Origin: Octopus sinensis
Taxonomy: Eukaryota
Direction: 5' to 3'
Assembly (NCBI RefSeq): GCF_006345805.1
Contig: NC_042998.1
Coordinates: 176,328,001 to 176,392,000 of the forward strand
Length of the DNA stretch: 64,000 nt
The first letter of the stretch is position 1, and each line of letters opens with the position of its first letter. A model generated the notes under the pieces. It saw nothing but the letters and a program-made list of their open reading frames with translations, did no database searches and was not told the DNA's origin. This document shows, piece by piece, positions 1 to 15,302 of this stretch. A program made the position numbers and the translations under genes.

Positions 1-1407
1 AGCAACATCCGATAGCCTGGTCGCTCACAAACATCTTACTTTGGCAAAACGCTGGTGGGCGAGGGAGGATGACTTCATATTATTTGATCGTCAAATTGTC
101 CACTTTCGATCAGCATAGAAGTTTCACCTCCCTTCAACTTGATAATTCTTCACAACTCAAATGAAACACTAACCTCGGTAATCCCAACAAGTTATCCAGA
201 TAGGCAAGTCTAGGGGAGATTTCAAAAGGTCACAGACACTGCCCTTCTAGTTCACTGTTACAATGGCATTTACCAATAAGTAAATGCATGCATACATACA
301 TGCAAAGCAGATACACTTGTGTATCTCCCAACATTTAATAAAACTTTACTGGACTGATATTTATTGTGTGTCATGCAAAGATAAATTATTTTTATAATCC
401 GAAATTTTCAAGGAAACACGAGCAACAAAAGAAAGAAAAAAAAGAAGACTGAGTAATAAACATAAAATCTACAAAAGAAAAATGTAATATTAATCTCTTT
501 CTTATCATATATTTTATCTCTGATATCTAAGCTAAAAATACGGCGTACTTTCCGTCTATTAAGAAGAAGAACGACTGCTTCTACTGGCGTTTAGTTGATT
601 CAAATTATAACAAACAGTTTTACTGAACCTTATATCTCTTGCAACTGTATGCTGACCTATAACATTCGAACTATAAAGACTGATGTTTGAAAAGTAATAG
701 GGCTTAACATATTACGTTCTTCTGTTAGTGTAAGGAAGATAATAAATAATGCTTTATCTTAATCTGTAACTAATACACTCTAGCTAAACACTAATTAACG
801 CGAGAAAGTTGTATGTCGGTGTGCAGTGAGATAGAGCAAATACTAATGTTTCAAGTGGTGCACTTTATCGAGTTAAGTCTACCAATTCTTGCGGTGGTCC
901 TTAATTTATTTACACTGATAGTCTAGACACCAGGTGTCCCTTATGTAAGGCACCATTTAAACATTCTATATTTAAATGATAACTTACTTATGTGGAGCCG
1001 CTGTATGTTTCCTGATACATAAGCTGAGCATTGACATTAAAAAAACTACAAGTGTGTCTGAGTGTATGAACAAGTAAATAATTAGATAAATCCTCCGTTG
1101 GTTTCGACGACGACTATTATTCCATTTGTTTTATCAACTGAACTGCTTATCTATGGAATTATAGTGTAATTGGCTGAATATTCCATAGACACAAGTATCG
1201 TAATGTAATTTTTGAGCATAGTCAGCATGATACAATGTGCGACAAAACACGGTCCTTTGAATAACAAGTGTAACTTATCAGACGGGCTTCCACGCAGTTT
1301 CCTTCTGATAACCACCAAATTACAGAATATTGATCAATCATAGACATTCAGACAAAGAGCCGAGCAGTAGGACTGAATCCGAATCACCTGGTTCCGAAGC
1401 AAATCCC

Positions 1408-1634
1408 ATTTCTTTACTACCCACAAGGGGCTAAACACAGAGAGGACAAACAAGGACAGACAAACGGATTAAGTCGATTATATCGACCCTAGTGCGTAAC
1501 TGGTACTTATTTAATCGACCCCGAAAGGATGAAAGGCAAAGTCGACCTTGGCGGAATTTGAACTCAGAACGTAGCGGCAGACGAAATACTGCTAAGCATT
1601 TCGCCCGGCGTGCTAACGTTTCTGCCAGCTCGCC
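1408..1634 (-). mobile_element. tRNA-derived SINE, family A (head GGCGAGCTGGCAGAAACGTTAGCACGCC)
   Basis: Minus strand has a tRNA-like head, a central GGTCGACTTTGCCTTTCATCCTTTCGGGGTCGAT block and a tail ending GTAGTAAAGAAAT. It is near-identical to the copies at 19845 and 63691. Confidence 0.9.
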
Positions 1635-1814
1635 ACGCACTTGAACAAACATGTTATTCCACGCACATGCGCTAACATGTTATTCAATTGGTTATTCTGT
1701 TGTATAGTCGAAACTATATGTAACTCAGCTCTTACATTACCTTGATTGCATGGTTTAATCTGCAATTTGTATACTAAACTTCAGTGGCTGTAACTGCGTA
1801 TAATAGACATTGAG

Positions 1815-1844
1815 GTATATGGAAACTGAAAGAGGCCCGTCGTA

Positions 1845-1905
<61 letters not shown>

Positions 1906-2135
1906 ATGCATGTGTGTGTATATGTTTGTGTGTCTGTGTTTGTCCCACCAACATCGCTTGACAACCGATGCTGGTGTGTTTGCGTTCCTGTAACTTAGCG
2001 GTTCGGCAAAAGAGACCGATCGAATAAGTACTAGACTTCCAAAGAATAATTCCTGGGGTCGATTTGCTCGACTAAAGGCGGTGCTCCAGCATGGCCACAG
2101 CCACAAGACTGAAACAAGTAAAAGAGTAAAAGAGT
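1815..2135 (+). mobile_element. tRNA-derived SINE, family C, 5'-truncated (internal TA/TG microsatellite, tail GAAACAAGTAAAAGAGTA)
   Basis: Matches the body and tail of the full copy at 18585-19000. Confidence 0.85.
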
Positions 2136-3829
2136 AGTTTTCTTAACATCAGCAGGCGTCCGCAGATTTCTGAAAGGGAGTGGTAGAGTACCCCCTCCGC
2201 ATTTCCGAGACTTGATTTTAGACTCCGACATAGTTGACCTCGGTGAGTTTTGAACTCAAGGCACTGACGGATGGAAAGTATATTCTCCAATCCATCACTC
2301 TATCGCATACATGATTTTAGTGCCTGGATTTCTAACACTCCATTAGTAAAACTAACACTGTAATATGTATTTGGCGATTCTGTATATAGTCGTATGTATG
2401 TTGTTTAAATCCATAAAAGAACTAATGAACAAGACACTCCATCTTGATTCAATTAACTAAAGTATATAGATTACATTAATAAGATCTGTAGTAAGCTTTA
2501 TACAACTAAAGGATATATCATATGCTTCTACATGTCAAACTGAAAGATATGAACCTAATAAAAGAAATAGAAAAGAAAAAACTACCGAATATAAAAACAT
2601 TTTCAAAGAAAAAAAAAATATTCTGAGATTAGATATTTTAAAGTTTTATAAAATTTTATTCTGGTTTGATCCGAGATTGCATGTTGGGGCTAAACAAATT
2701 GCAACATAATACATTTGGATTAGTTACTTGTATAACAGACACTTATATTCACTTTTTGTAGTAATATTTATTTTCTAGTAATAACAATATTATACCAGAT
2801 ATTTTACATGGATCTACGACTTGGTCATTGATATTCTACTTTGCTGTGTGGTGATTATCTATAGTGATACGTTGAAGCAGAGTGTCACTATAAACTCGAG
2901 ATAAACGACTAGGTCATAGACGTACGACGACGAAAGTCTTTCATATGCAATCTTATTTCAAAATATTAATAAAATAAAAATAAAGATAACAGTTTATGTG
3001 CTTTTTTTAGTCGTTAATATGTCTTTTCCACAAAGTAATTGCTATTCCATATTTTTTTATAAAATGCAACGAAATATTTGATACTACAATATTATTTTTA
3101 ATCAATATATTATTTTAAAACGAAGTATATTCTAAGATGATTAATATATTAAAAGGATATTTTTCCCCATTAACTATCAAAGATGACGCATATTGCTAAA
3201 GAACATTCTTTGTAAGGTTTCATTCTCGGCAAGATAAAATGCTATATAATCTGATGAAATATAAATATTACCATGTTTAGATATGAATGGTATTTACATA
3301 GTATCATATTGATATGCATGTACATAATACCCTATCGAAAAACATTGGACAAATTTAGCAAGTTTACGTATTTAATGCTGCGGAGGAAGAAAAAGACCAG
3401 CAAGTCGACGTTTCGAACAGTGGCTCTTCACTAAATTAGGATAAGTGAAAGATGGATAGAATAAAAATGGAGGAATATAGGAAAGAATATGTTTGAGTAC
3501 CATTATATAATGGTAGTCTGAAAGTAGAGGAGTGAATACGTTGTTTTCAGCAAGGAATATGGAAGGCAAGCGAAAGTAAGTGAGGCAAGAGAGGGTGGGG
3601 GAAAATGGCATCGTAAAGTGAAGTGTATTGGAAGTAAATTTTTTATACACAAGCATAAACAGGGATAGACACATGCACCGTCCATTAACTCTTTACCTCA
3701 CTCGACATTCACTCATATATCTTATGCATACGTCATTTCATATCACAATCTAATGTGTTATGTTACGCTCTCTTGTCATTCTTACTACCCTTACGTTTGA
3801 CTTTAACCAAAGAACTGTGTTATGGCGAA

Positions 3830-3884
3830 AGTGGTAGTAGTAGTAGTAGCCTTAAGGCAATTATTACTGTTGTTGTTGCTGTTG

Positions 3885-3943
<59 letters not shown>

Positions 3944-3960
3944 GTTATCATCATCATATT

Positions 3961-4006
<46 letters not shown>

Positions 4007-4048
4007 TCTACTACTACTCTACTACTCCTACTACTGCTGCTAATGATA

Positions 4049-4138
<90 letters not shown>

Positions 4139-4207
4139 ATTGTGATGACGATAACACAATAATAATAATGATAATAATTATTATTATTATAATAACAATA
4201 ATAGTAA
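3830..4207. repeat. Compound trinucleotide microsatellite (TAG/TTG/TTA/CTA/CTG/TAG/ATA runs)
   Basis: Directly visible. It explains the ORFs at 3755 and 3822. Confidence 0.95.
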
Positions 4208-4644
4208 TGATTTCAAATTTTGGTATAAGGCCAGCAAGCTCAGGGTACCTCGATGTAATCGGCCCCAGTATTCAAATGGTACTTATTTTATCGATTTCGA
4301 AAGGACAAAAGGCAAAGTCGACCTCGGTGGCATTTGAACTTAGAACGTAAAAACGGACGAGGAGCCACTAAGCATTTTGTCCGGCGTGCTAACGACTCTG
4401 CCAGCTCGCCAATAATATATTTCTTTACTGCCCACAAGGGGCTAAACATAGAGGGGACAAACAAGGACAGACAAAGGGATTAAGTCGATTACATCGACCC
4501 CAGTGCGTAACTGGTACTTAATTTATCGACCCCGAAAGGATGAAAGGCAAAGTCGACCTCGGTGGAATTTGAACTCAGAACGTAGCGCAGACGAAATACG
4601 GCTACGCATTTCGCCCGGCGCGCTAACGTCTCTGCCAGCTCGCC
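4208..4644 (-). mobile_element. Two adjacent family-A-type SINEs (4208-4410 variant; 4420-4644)
   Basis: Both end in CCAGCTCGCC on the + strand. AATAATATA flanks the second copy (4411-4419 and 4645-4653), a likely target-site duplication (TSD). Confidence 0.85.
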
Positions 4645-5559
4645 AATAATATACATTGAAGTGTGTGTGTGTTGGTGTTTTGATGAGGTCGTCGACGTGC
4701 TCAAAGAGATATTTGCAGCTGTGGAATAATACGAAATATTTGTTGTTTGTAGATATATTCAGTTTATGATTATCCTTTGTTGTGTTCGAGCACGTGCATG
4801 TAGGTGTATCAATTTATGAATGTCTGCGCATATACGTGTGTCGGTTATGTTTATGGCTTTTGTGTGTGCAGTGTATCTGCAATGTTAAGCGACGGATGTT
4901 GAGGCTGCGGCAAAGGAACAAGAGACAGAGAATAGAGGAAAGAGAAAGACGAAGCGCTTGAGAAAGTTGTAAGAGGAGAAAGAGCGGGGTGAATAATGAC
5001 TGAAAAAGAAAAAAGTAAGTGGAGCATAGCTGCCGATCAATAGTGACATTTTATTGACACACTACAGCATACATTCCAAAGATAGGTGCGTGAAGTACGG
5101 AATTCACTTACAATGCGTTCCTCTCTATAAATTAATCTGGCAGAGATCAATAGAAGGAACGGTAAAAATAATCAAAATAGAGACAAGGCAATATTGAAAT
5201 TGTAGAACATCTTTTAAGACGAAAATAATTTTCCTGTTCATCTTTTGTTTCTTTCTTAGTTTAAAACTGTTAATCTCGCTTTAATTACACCGTCGAAACG
5301 ATTAAATAGTGCAATGTTTATTGCTTAGTTACGGCTTGCTTTTGATACTTTTAATATATAATTTTATGTCTTGCTTATTGATGACGTTCTTGTTCTTGTC
5401 TTTTTAGTTTCGTTTCTAATCTTTTTTTAGATATATATATTTTTAATGCTGCGTTATTTTATAATTACTATTCATTTAGGCTACTGATGACATATTCATG
5501 TTACTGCCGTTGTCATTGCAATGTGCGTGTATATATATATGTGTATTATATACATATAC

Positions 5560-6310
5560 ATGTGTATGTACGTATGAATGTATGTATGTATGTATGTATG
5601 TATGTATGTATGTATGTATGTATGTATGTATGTATGTATGCATGTATGTATGTGTGTGTGTATGTATGATTGTGTGTATGTACGTATGTATGTATGTGTA
5701 TGTATGTATGTATGTATGTGTGTGTATATATGTATGTATGTATGTATGTATGTACGTATGTATGTATGTGTGTGTATGTATATATGATTGTATGTATGTA
5801 TGCATGCATGTGTGTGTATGTATGTATGTATGTGTGTGTGTATGTATGTATGATTGTATGTATGTATGTGTGTATGTATGTATGTATGTATGTATGTATG
5901 TATGTATGTGTGTGTATGTATGTATGTATGTATGTATGTATGTACGTACGTACGTACGTATGTATGTATGTATGTATGTACGTATGTATGTATGTATGTA
6001 TGTGTGTGTATGTATGTATGATTGTATGTATGTATGTATGTATGTGTGTGTGTAGTATGTATGTTGTATGTATGTATGTATGTACGTACGTACGTATTTA
6101 TGTATGTATGTATGTATGTATGTGTTATGTATGTATGATTGTATGTATGTACGTATATATGTGTGTGTGTGTATGTATGTATGTATGTACGTATGTATGT
6201 ATTATGTAGGTATGTATGTATGTATGTATGTATGTATGTATGTATGTATGTAGGTATGTATGTATGTATGTGTGTGTGTGTGTGTGCGTGCGCGTGTATG
6301 CGTGTATGTA
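5560..6310. repeat. Long (TATG)n/(TG)n microsatellite
   Basis: Directly visible. It gives the spurious MYVC/HTYI ORFs. Confidence 0.97.
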
Positions 6311-6960
6311 TATATATATTTTGTCTTCTACTTCAGACATTGGATTACAGTTGCGCTGGGGCACCGTCTTGAATGGTTTAGTCGAACAAATCGACCCCAA
6401 TTTGTAACTCATTTGAGCACTACGATGTTTTCTCCCACTCTGAATGACTTCCTCTCTCTTTCTCTCTCTTTCTCACTCTCTTTTTCTTCTCTTTCTCTCT
6501 ATTTCTCGCTATCTCTCTCACACATACATACTCATCACGTGGGCCTGTGTTAGAGCCCTCTACGTGATATCTTAATTAAGTGTCTTTTAACATTGCTTCG
6601 ATTCGGTTCACCAAAACTTTGTGAGTGAAACTAGATTGCTGAATTAACTGTATAGAAAGCAATCGGGTGAATTATATTTGTAGTTAAAATGCACAACCTT
6701 TTTACGCATTGTGTTATAACAATTCCACTTGAGAGTTATAACTTAGATGGTATGGATCTGTGAAATAATACTCAGCCACTCAATTCAGTGAACAGGTAGT
6801 TCAGTTGATTCATACACACACACATACATACATACATACATACATACATACATACATACATACATACATACATACATGCATACATACATATATACATATA
6901 TGTACACACACACATATATATATATACATACATACATATACATATATATGTATATGTATG

Positions 6961-6997
<37 letters not shown>

Positions 6998-7016
6998 GTA
7001 TATGTATGTATATGTA

Positions 7017-7065
<49 letters not shown>

Positions 7066-7339
7066 ACATACATACATATACATATATATATATATGTATG
7101 TATGAATGAATGTATGTATATATGTATGTAGTGAAAAATAGAAAAAGAAGGAAAATGCACAGAAATGTTGGACAGAATATATATATATATCTATATATTT
7201 GTGTATATACAAATGCATGTATGTATGTATGTATGTATGTATGTATTTAAAAAATTTACGTATGTATGTATGTATATTATGAAATAAAATAAATAGATAA
7301 TCGATCGGCTTCGCTTATGCTAATCATGACTAATTTGCT

Positions 7340-8340
7340 AGTGATAACGTTACAATTTCAAGCTATTGTAATAAGCTTTCATGCCATGTTAGTAGGAAAA
7401 ATGATATTTGTAAATGAATCAGAAGGTAAATAAATCAGTAATAGTTATTATCAACGGTAGGGACGGTAATTACCTTTTTCTTATTTGAAAGTGAATTGAT
7501 TACATTCAGATAAGAAAATATGCATATATTTATGAGCTAAAATATTTACGTAACCAAAATTGATTATATGTACGTATTCAGGTGCGGTTGATATTTTTCA
7601 ATAAATGTCGACTCTTTATTTAATTGTTGTTGTGTAGAAGTTGGTTAATTGCAGTATTATGTGGGAAAAATTTTGAAGTTTGGTTGTAGAGTTCTTGCAC
7701 ATCTCTGCGAGAGTTCGTTTAATGGTATTTGTCTATACCTTGGTGAAATGATTTGTTTCTTATGTAGTGTTGTTCTCTGCCTGAAAGACATTTTTCTTTG
7801 ACTTATATAGTTGTGAAAACATTCTGAACAGCTTATGACGTAAATAACGTATTCAGATGTACAGGAAAACTCAGTCTTAATTTTGAATCCTTGTCCTTGT
7901 CTATAAAGGAATTTCGAACCACCAGGTAGGTTAGGCTTCCCGTATTATTTAACTCTTGGTTCCTTTGCCGTTGGGTATAATTTCAGTATTTTCTTTAGTG
8001 CTTTTGATTGTTTTATACTTTTGATGAAGTTGTGTGAGTGTAGCATATGGTTCATCTTAGTGAGCATAGGTAACTTTTGAATAATAGTGTAATATGCCTC
8101 TTGTTTCAAGGGTTGTGGGTAAAAATATAGGGTACTATTTTTAAATCGGGTGTATTGCTTCGTCTTATTTTCCTTAGTGTCTGGATATCAATTTTCTTCA
8201 CACGTTTTATCCCATCACCTATTAGTGAAGGTGGATAATATCACTCGATTAGTATGGTTTTAAGTTCATAAAGTCGTTGGTCATGATAGTGTAACATTAT
8301 CACTATCTACTTAGTCACAATTAGCATAATCGAAACTGGT
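7340..8340 (-). pseudogene. Penelope-like retroelement relic with GIY-YIG endonuclease domain
   Basis: Minus strand 7887->7660 reads FKIKTEFSCTSEYVIYVISCSECFHNYISQRKMSFRQRTTLHKKQI...PNFKIFPT. This matches the PLE pattern F-x-C-x-S-x-x-VIY-x-I-x-C-x-x-C-x3-YI(G)Q...R...H. Upstream KIVPYIFTHNP resembles the PLE linker. Stops are present. Confidence 0.85.
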
Positions 8341-8453
8341 CGACTATGTAAAAAAAGAAATTATATATTGTCCGACAAAATTTGTGTGCATTTTCCTTCT
8401 TTTAATATTCAATTCACCATGTTTTCATCAAACTTTTTCACTCTCTTTTCTCT

Positions 8454-8667
8454 TTACTCTTTTACTTGTTTAAGTTATTTGACAGTGGCCATGCTGGAGC
8501 ACCGCCTTTAGTAGAGCAAATCGACTCCGGGACTTATTCTTTGTAAGCCTAGTACTTATTCTATCGGTGTCTTTTGCCGAACCGCTAAGTGACGGAGACA
8601 TAACACACCAGCATCGGTTGTCAAGTAATGCTAGGGAGACGAACACAGACACACAAAAATACACTAA

Positions 8668-8720
<53 letters not shown>

Positions 8721-8892
8721 GTATATACGACGGGCTTCTTTCAGCTTCTGTCTACCAAATCCACTCACAAGGCTTTGGACGGCCCAAGGCTATAGTAGAA
8801 GACACTTGCCCAAGGTGACACGCAGTGGGAATGAACCCGGAACCATGTGGTGTGTAAGCTGAGCCACTTACCACACAGCCACTCCTACGCCT
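8454..8892 (-). mobile_element. Family C SINE, full length
   Basis: The tRNA-like head (reverse complement of CCACACAGCCACTCCTACGCCT), the internal (TA)n and the TTACTCTTTTACTTG tail are all present. Confidence 0.9.
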
Positions 8893-9017
8893 ATGTATTT
8901 ATATGTATATATTATATGTGTGAATGTGTGTGTGTGTGAACTATATATATAATAAATAAATAAATATATATATATATATACAATATATACAATATATATA
9001 TACCACATATATATGTA

Positions 9018-9107
<90 letters not shown>

Positions 9108-11391
9108 TACATACATACATACATACATACATACATACATACATACATACATACATACATACATACATACACACCAACATGCGCGGACACAAATATGTAG
9201 TCCAGCCGCTTAAAAAAGTCCAATTCTAATTATACATATATATTAATATCAAATATATATTATACCAGAATACAATTGTTTTTTCTGAAACTGATTAAAT
9301 ACGAATAGATACTACAATAAACATCGTCAGCGGAAATTAGATAAATAAAATATGAATTTACTGAGATGATATGCACTCGCGACAACAAAGTTATGCCACA
9401 AGCTGTAAATTTTTGGTGAGGCTACGGAATTCAGATCCCCTGTATTTATGTGTAGAATGTCTTCTGTATAGTGTGTCATCAAATAAGCTGAAGCTTATTT
9501 GGTTAACTAAGTTGAGAAACATATTAACGCATTCCGGTTTTGAGAACCGTCAATATATTTTGAGAAATATATGAGGGATGCAACATATTGTAGGGATCCA
9601 CTGGAGCGCTATATAAGCGATGTTCAAAGAAGTATAATCTAATATAATGTGCAGAAACTGAATTCAAAAAACAATCCTATGCAAGTATGTTTAAAATAAA
9701 ATGGATATTATATAGGGACACAACTGTATTTCAGAAAACCGGAAGCATTCATAGAAACGCTATCAGAACCGTACTCCGTCGCAAGTTAAGTAAAAGAACA
9801 TTCGACTTTACCTAGATTATATATACTCGTAACTACAAAAGCATAAACCATTGTGCTTCTACAAATGCAACCACTTTCCATAAACACAATATTCTCCCGT
9901 ATTATATATATGTATATGCTTTGAAATTGTTTGTCTAAACAATTAGCGTGTATGATATATTACGATATATTACTCTTAACCTAGCTTATGAAGTACTCAA
10001 AGGGGTTCTTGCCTAAAAACACGGATGATGCATTTTGAGAAATATATTGAGTTAAATAAGAGAAAGCCTAGCTGTGGGAGAAATATAAAAATATGGACGC
10101 ATATATTCTATGCTCTTGATACGCAGAACATTCTATGATTTCTTGACCATACTGCAGGGAAAACATACGCTGTTTCATTCCCTAACAATAACATAAGTAT
10201 CCATGCTCATTTATAAGCAGTTCTAAATGAGGCTATCACCGTAGAGGTTAGATTAATTTGCTTATTTATTCTTTTGATGACTCGTCATTTATTAAACAAC
10301 GAATAATTTATTTTCAAAACAGCCTGACTGTCAAAAACTGAAATAAATTTGAATATTAGAAATTTGTACAAAAATACATTCCTTTTCTGTTCTTGATGTT
10401 CTGAATAAAAGAGTAGGGAGTCTCCCATCGGAACGAATGCTTTGTTGATTATATTTACAATACCTAATGCAGCTAAAACTGTATATCTACAGAATCGTGA
10501 ATTCTGCGGAGTTTGAGAGGTATTTTGTTTACACCTATTGACTTATTACATATAATGTCAGTAATGTGAAATTCTTATACTTTCCATAGCACTAAAGACG
10601 ATTTTGATCGTAGCTCAATGAATGCAACAAGTTTCCGGAAAGACAATTGTGTTCTTAATCTAATAAAAATGAGTGTGCGTGTTTAAATTGTTTTTGCTTT
10701 TAATTGCATTTGTCTATATTTTCTATTGAATTATATCGTTCTGAGTTTAGCTTATGAAGCACTCTGGAGGATACTTAGATTAAGAAGAATTCCAGGTGTA
10801 TTCTGACGCGTGCACATATTAAAAATAAATGTCTCTGAGAGTTAAGTGGGAAGAAGAATTAGAAAACATTAATTGTATTTTACCTATAGAGAAAGAAGGC
10901 TTACTTGTATAATACTGACATGAGAAAAGGTTCTCCCGATTTACGCTGTCTCGTGCATAACTACTTTTTAATAAAAAGGGACTGTCGGGTTCGCAAATAT
11001 TCAAATTTGGCTATCCACAATAGTGCAGCTTAATTTAAGACTTCTTTATAAGCAGATAATCTAATTCATTGATTGAGAAAGAAAATCGGGTAAGTCTTCC
11101 CTAAAGAGTAGTCAACAAGCTATGGAATGGTCCGTTAGGAGACTCTCTTCCTTTTTTTCAGTATATCAGCTGTAAAGAAACAATATGTATATATTGTTAG
11201 AGAAATTTCACGAGGCTTTATAATACTTAAATTTAGTTGGATTTTTCTCATTATTGCAGTGTTGCGCGCATATACATACATACATGCACGTATACATACA
11301 TACATACATACATACATACATACTACATACATACATACATACATACATACATACATACATACATGCAAACATACACACATTCATACAATTT

Positions 11392-11899
11392 TTTTTTGTG
11401 ACCTCCCTCGGTCACGAATGACTATGGAATTGCACCAAGAAAGTTACCCTCCAAGGTACAAATCTGGGCAAGGTTGTTTATGGAAGACCAGCAGTCGCCC
11501 ACGCATACCAGCCTCCCCTCTCCACGCCACTAATGTTATCCAAGGGAAAGGCAAAGGCCGATACAGCTTGGCATCAGTGACGTCGCAGCTCATTTATTAA
11601 CGTGCAAGTGGCTGAGCACTCCACAGACACGTGTACCCTTAACGTAGTTCTCGAGGAGATTCAGCGTGACACAGAGTGTGATAAGGCTGGCCCTTTGAAA
11701 TACAGGTACAACAGAAACAGGAAGAAAGAGTGAGAGAAAGTTGTGGTGAAAGAGTACAGTAGGGTTTACCACCATCCCCTGCCGGAGCTTCGTGGAGCTT
11801 TAGGTGTTTTCGCTCAATAAACACTCGGTCTGGGAATCGAAACCGCGATCCTCCGACCGCGAGTCCGCTGCCCTAACCACTGAGCCATTGCGCTTCCAC
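11392..11899 (-). mobile_element. Family D SINE head and body (GTGGAGGCGCAATGG...) joined to a different repeat segment (11392-11590)
   Basis: 11595-11899 matches the reverse complement of 36391-36700. The adjoining 200 bp does not match the family D tail. Confidence 0.75.
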
Positions 11900-12415
11900 A
11901 CATATTTACATACATACATAATATAATCACACACATTTACTACGAGTAAGAAAACAAAAGATGAAAGTAGCACACATTAATTACTAGCAACGGTTGTTTC
12001 TGTATCATTCCATTTCTAATGTCATTGCTTGTAAAGGAATCCATAGGAAAAGTTACGTAATATGTTTAGACAATCACATTGTGGTAACACTTCATCAGAC
12101 TGGAATCAAGTCGAGCGTTTTTCATTCCAAAAGGAACCATTTTCGTACAATGGTGTTACAAAAACAGTTGTAACTTATAATAAAGTTGTGCTTTGTATAA
12201 CTCACACACTTCCTTTTAACAATGACGTACTTGAATTTCTGCAATGTGGATTTTCAAATTAGCGAACAGTTCCAATGTACGAATATTGGTAGTTATCAGC
12301 TCTCGTTGAGTAAATACGCCGATTTTCTTTGTAAATACTCCGATTTTCTACCATATCAGAACCTACTCCACAACATATATGCATATATATATGTATATAT
12401 AAAAGATAAAAGACG

Positions 12416-12448
<33 letters not shown>

Positions 12449-12546
12449 GCATGAATGCAAAATTGCTAGTTCTAAACTTCTCCTGTACTCATATTTACAT
12501 ATCTATATACATATGTATGTACATATATGAATGTATATATGCACAT

Positions 12547-12607
<61 letters not shown>

Positions 12608-13139
12608 TATATATACACATATATATATGTATACACACATATTTACATGTATATATGGTTGTATGTATGTATGCTTACATATATGTGTGTGTATACAGAC
12701 TCGCACACACACACTCACCCCCCACACACACACAGAGAAACACATACATATATACATGTGTATGCGTGTGGTATGTGAGTATGTGTGCACTTGTACTGCG
12801 CAAGCATACATACTCACACAAAGAAACGTTCACATACTCATAAATATGAGTCATTTCATTTGATGACTTTGCTGTGATATATGAAGGGAGGAGTGGAAAA
12901 ATCAATATCCAAATAAAGAATTCACCAGACTAAACTATTACATATGTGTATGTGTGTGTGTGTGTGTGAGGTGTTTTGTATATATACATATATACATATA
13001 TGCATATATATATATGTATATATACACACACATACACACATATGTATGTATGTATGTATACATATGCTCATACAGACTATAAAAAACGAAAAACAGACTG
13101 AATGCGAAGGAATTCAATTATTGAATTATGGGGAAGTAA

Positions 13140-13142
13140 TAC

Positions 13143-13193
<51 letters not shown>

Positions 13194-13445
13194 TAACAAC
13201 AACAACTATAAAGAAGAGAAAAAGGAGGAGGAGGGAGGGGAAAAGAAAAAAGAAGAGAAGAAGAAGAAGAAGAAGAAGAAGAAGAAGAAGAAAGATGAGG
13301 AAGAGGAGGTGGTGGTGGTGGTGGTGGTGAAGGAGAAGAAAGTATGAAGGAATAGAAACAAACTCAGCAACAGGAAATATTACGGTTTTGGAGAAGAAAG
13401 ATAAAATGGGTGGAGCTGACAGGAGACAGAGTGAGTGAGAGGGAG

Positions 13446-13479
<34 letters not shown>

Positions 13480-13610
13480 GAGAAAGAGAGAGAGTGGGAG
13501 TGAGAGAGAGAGAGAGGTGAGAAAGAGAGAGAGTGGGAGTGAGAGAGAGAGAGAGGTGAGAAAGAGAGAGAGTGGGAGTGAGAGAGAGAGAGGGGCTTGA
13601 AAGGGAGAGA
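13140..13610. repeat. (AAT)n, (GAA)n, (GGT)n runs and about 3 copies of a ~37-bp GA-rich unit (GAGGTGAGAAAGAGAGAGAGTGGGAGTGAGAGAGA)
   Basis: Directly visible. Confidence 0.9.
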
Positions 13611-14322
13611 GAGAGAGCTACATTGTTAGATATATAGGCTGGAGAAGGAAGTAGGAAGACGTGGATGTATTTTGATTACTGTGTTGTTTATTTATATAAA
13701 TAGCCAGTAAATATAATGACGCAAATAGAATGGCATTTATCATTAATTAAGAAATTAATGTTGGGAATTTTTTTTTTTGTTAAAGAAACTAGTGAATTGC
13801 AAAGTTAACCAGGTTGGCACACATTCATAACTGGTTATTCTTTGGATGTGGCATGCCCTTTAAAACAGACGGTTCTTTGAGTTAAACTGTTCTTTCTTCT
13901 TCGACTCCATGATTATATAGGTAAGCATAACTTATAGTTTCATACAGAAATAAAATACATATTCTATAAATCTTTTGTCTATTTGAAATATTTGTTCATT
14001 CACAAGTGCATTTTTGCAATTATTCCCACATCATCATTGATTGCATTGATACTCCAACTGTAAAACCAAAAACAAAACTTGACTTCAAGAATTCTTCACA
14101 GCTATAATTCCTGCCTTCCATACACGCTAGATGTGTGTATGGCACTTCGTCATTTTGATATGTTTATTTATCCTTTGTTTCCTTTTTTTCTCCCTTCAGT
14201 TACAGACTTCCTGTTTCTTATTACCAGAATGTAAATATATAATTCACTGCTTTTCACAGAAATGGAATAGTAAGTAGAACAAAGGCATTATTATATTTTT
14301 ATATTCTTTCAAAAATTTCAAC

Positions 14323-14409
<87 letters not shown>

Positions 14410-14666
14410 AAAACACAGTAACACACATCCGCATAAACACATTCATTCTCATACACGTACAACCACACAGATACATATATACATTTAAACATATATACAC
14501 ATAATACAAACACGCACATACCTCACACTCACATACACCCAAAAACATGTACATATAAACTTTGTAGAGACCGAAGTATAATTTTCATGTCTCTCTCATT
14601 GGAAATATTTTTCCCTCTCTCTCCCTCCTTCACTTGCTAAGTTTCAGCTTCCATTCATTCATATAA

Positions 14667-14706
<40 letters not shown>

Positions 14707-15074
14707 ACACATATTTTTTCAGTAGATGTAGGGGAGAATTTAAGGTCACTATTGTCTTGTTGCAGATAGTTTTTCAACCAAATTCAACTGTAACTTCCAT
14801 TTCAACTTAAACATCCCTCCCCTGAAATTCGGGAAGACATTTTCGACGCTAGAATCATAACAACTGTGGAAATGTAGCTCTTATTTCACCAGTTGTTCTG
14901 GGTCAAAAAAGAGAACGTCTCGCTATTAGACGCTTCCATAAATTGATTCAACGGTGCTGAAGTTAAGGAACTTGAGGTATTTATTTCTATCTAAGACATC
15001 CTCAAGAAACGAACCAACTCTCGATTGTACAGAGATGAGAGTTTTAATTATGGCTACCTTGTGGTTAAATTTAC

Positions 15075-15108
<34 letters not shown>

Positions 15109-15232
15109 GCTTATTGAAATAACAAATTTTAACCAGACATTAGTACCAAGCAATTGCTTCATTTTATCCAGATACTAAATTAGATCTAATTTCATGTGAA
15201 CCCTACTATCATAACAATCCAAATTGGGACAG

Positions 15233-15302
<70 letters not shown>

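Noticed and set aside
5176-5225. Ankyrin-like peptide RQGNIEIVEHLLRRK on the + strand
   Set aside because: It is bounded by stops on both sides with no good splice acceptor and no neighbouring repeat, so it is probably chance.
5476-6553. Long ORFs such as MYVCMYVC / HTYIHTYI (also near 19200, 25200, 57400 and 61100)
   Set aside because: They are translations of (TATG)n/(TA)n microsatellites, which lack stop codons in some frames.
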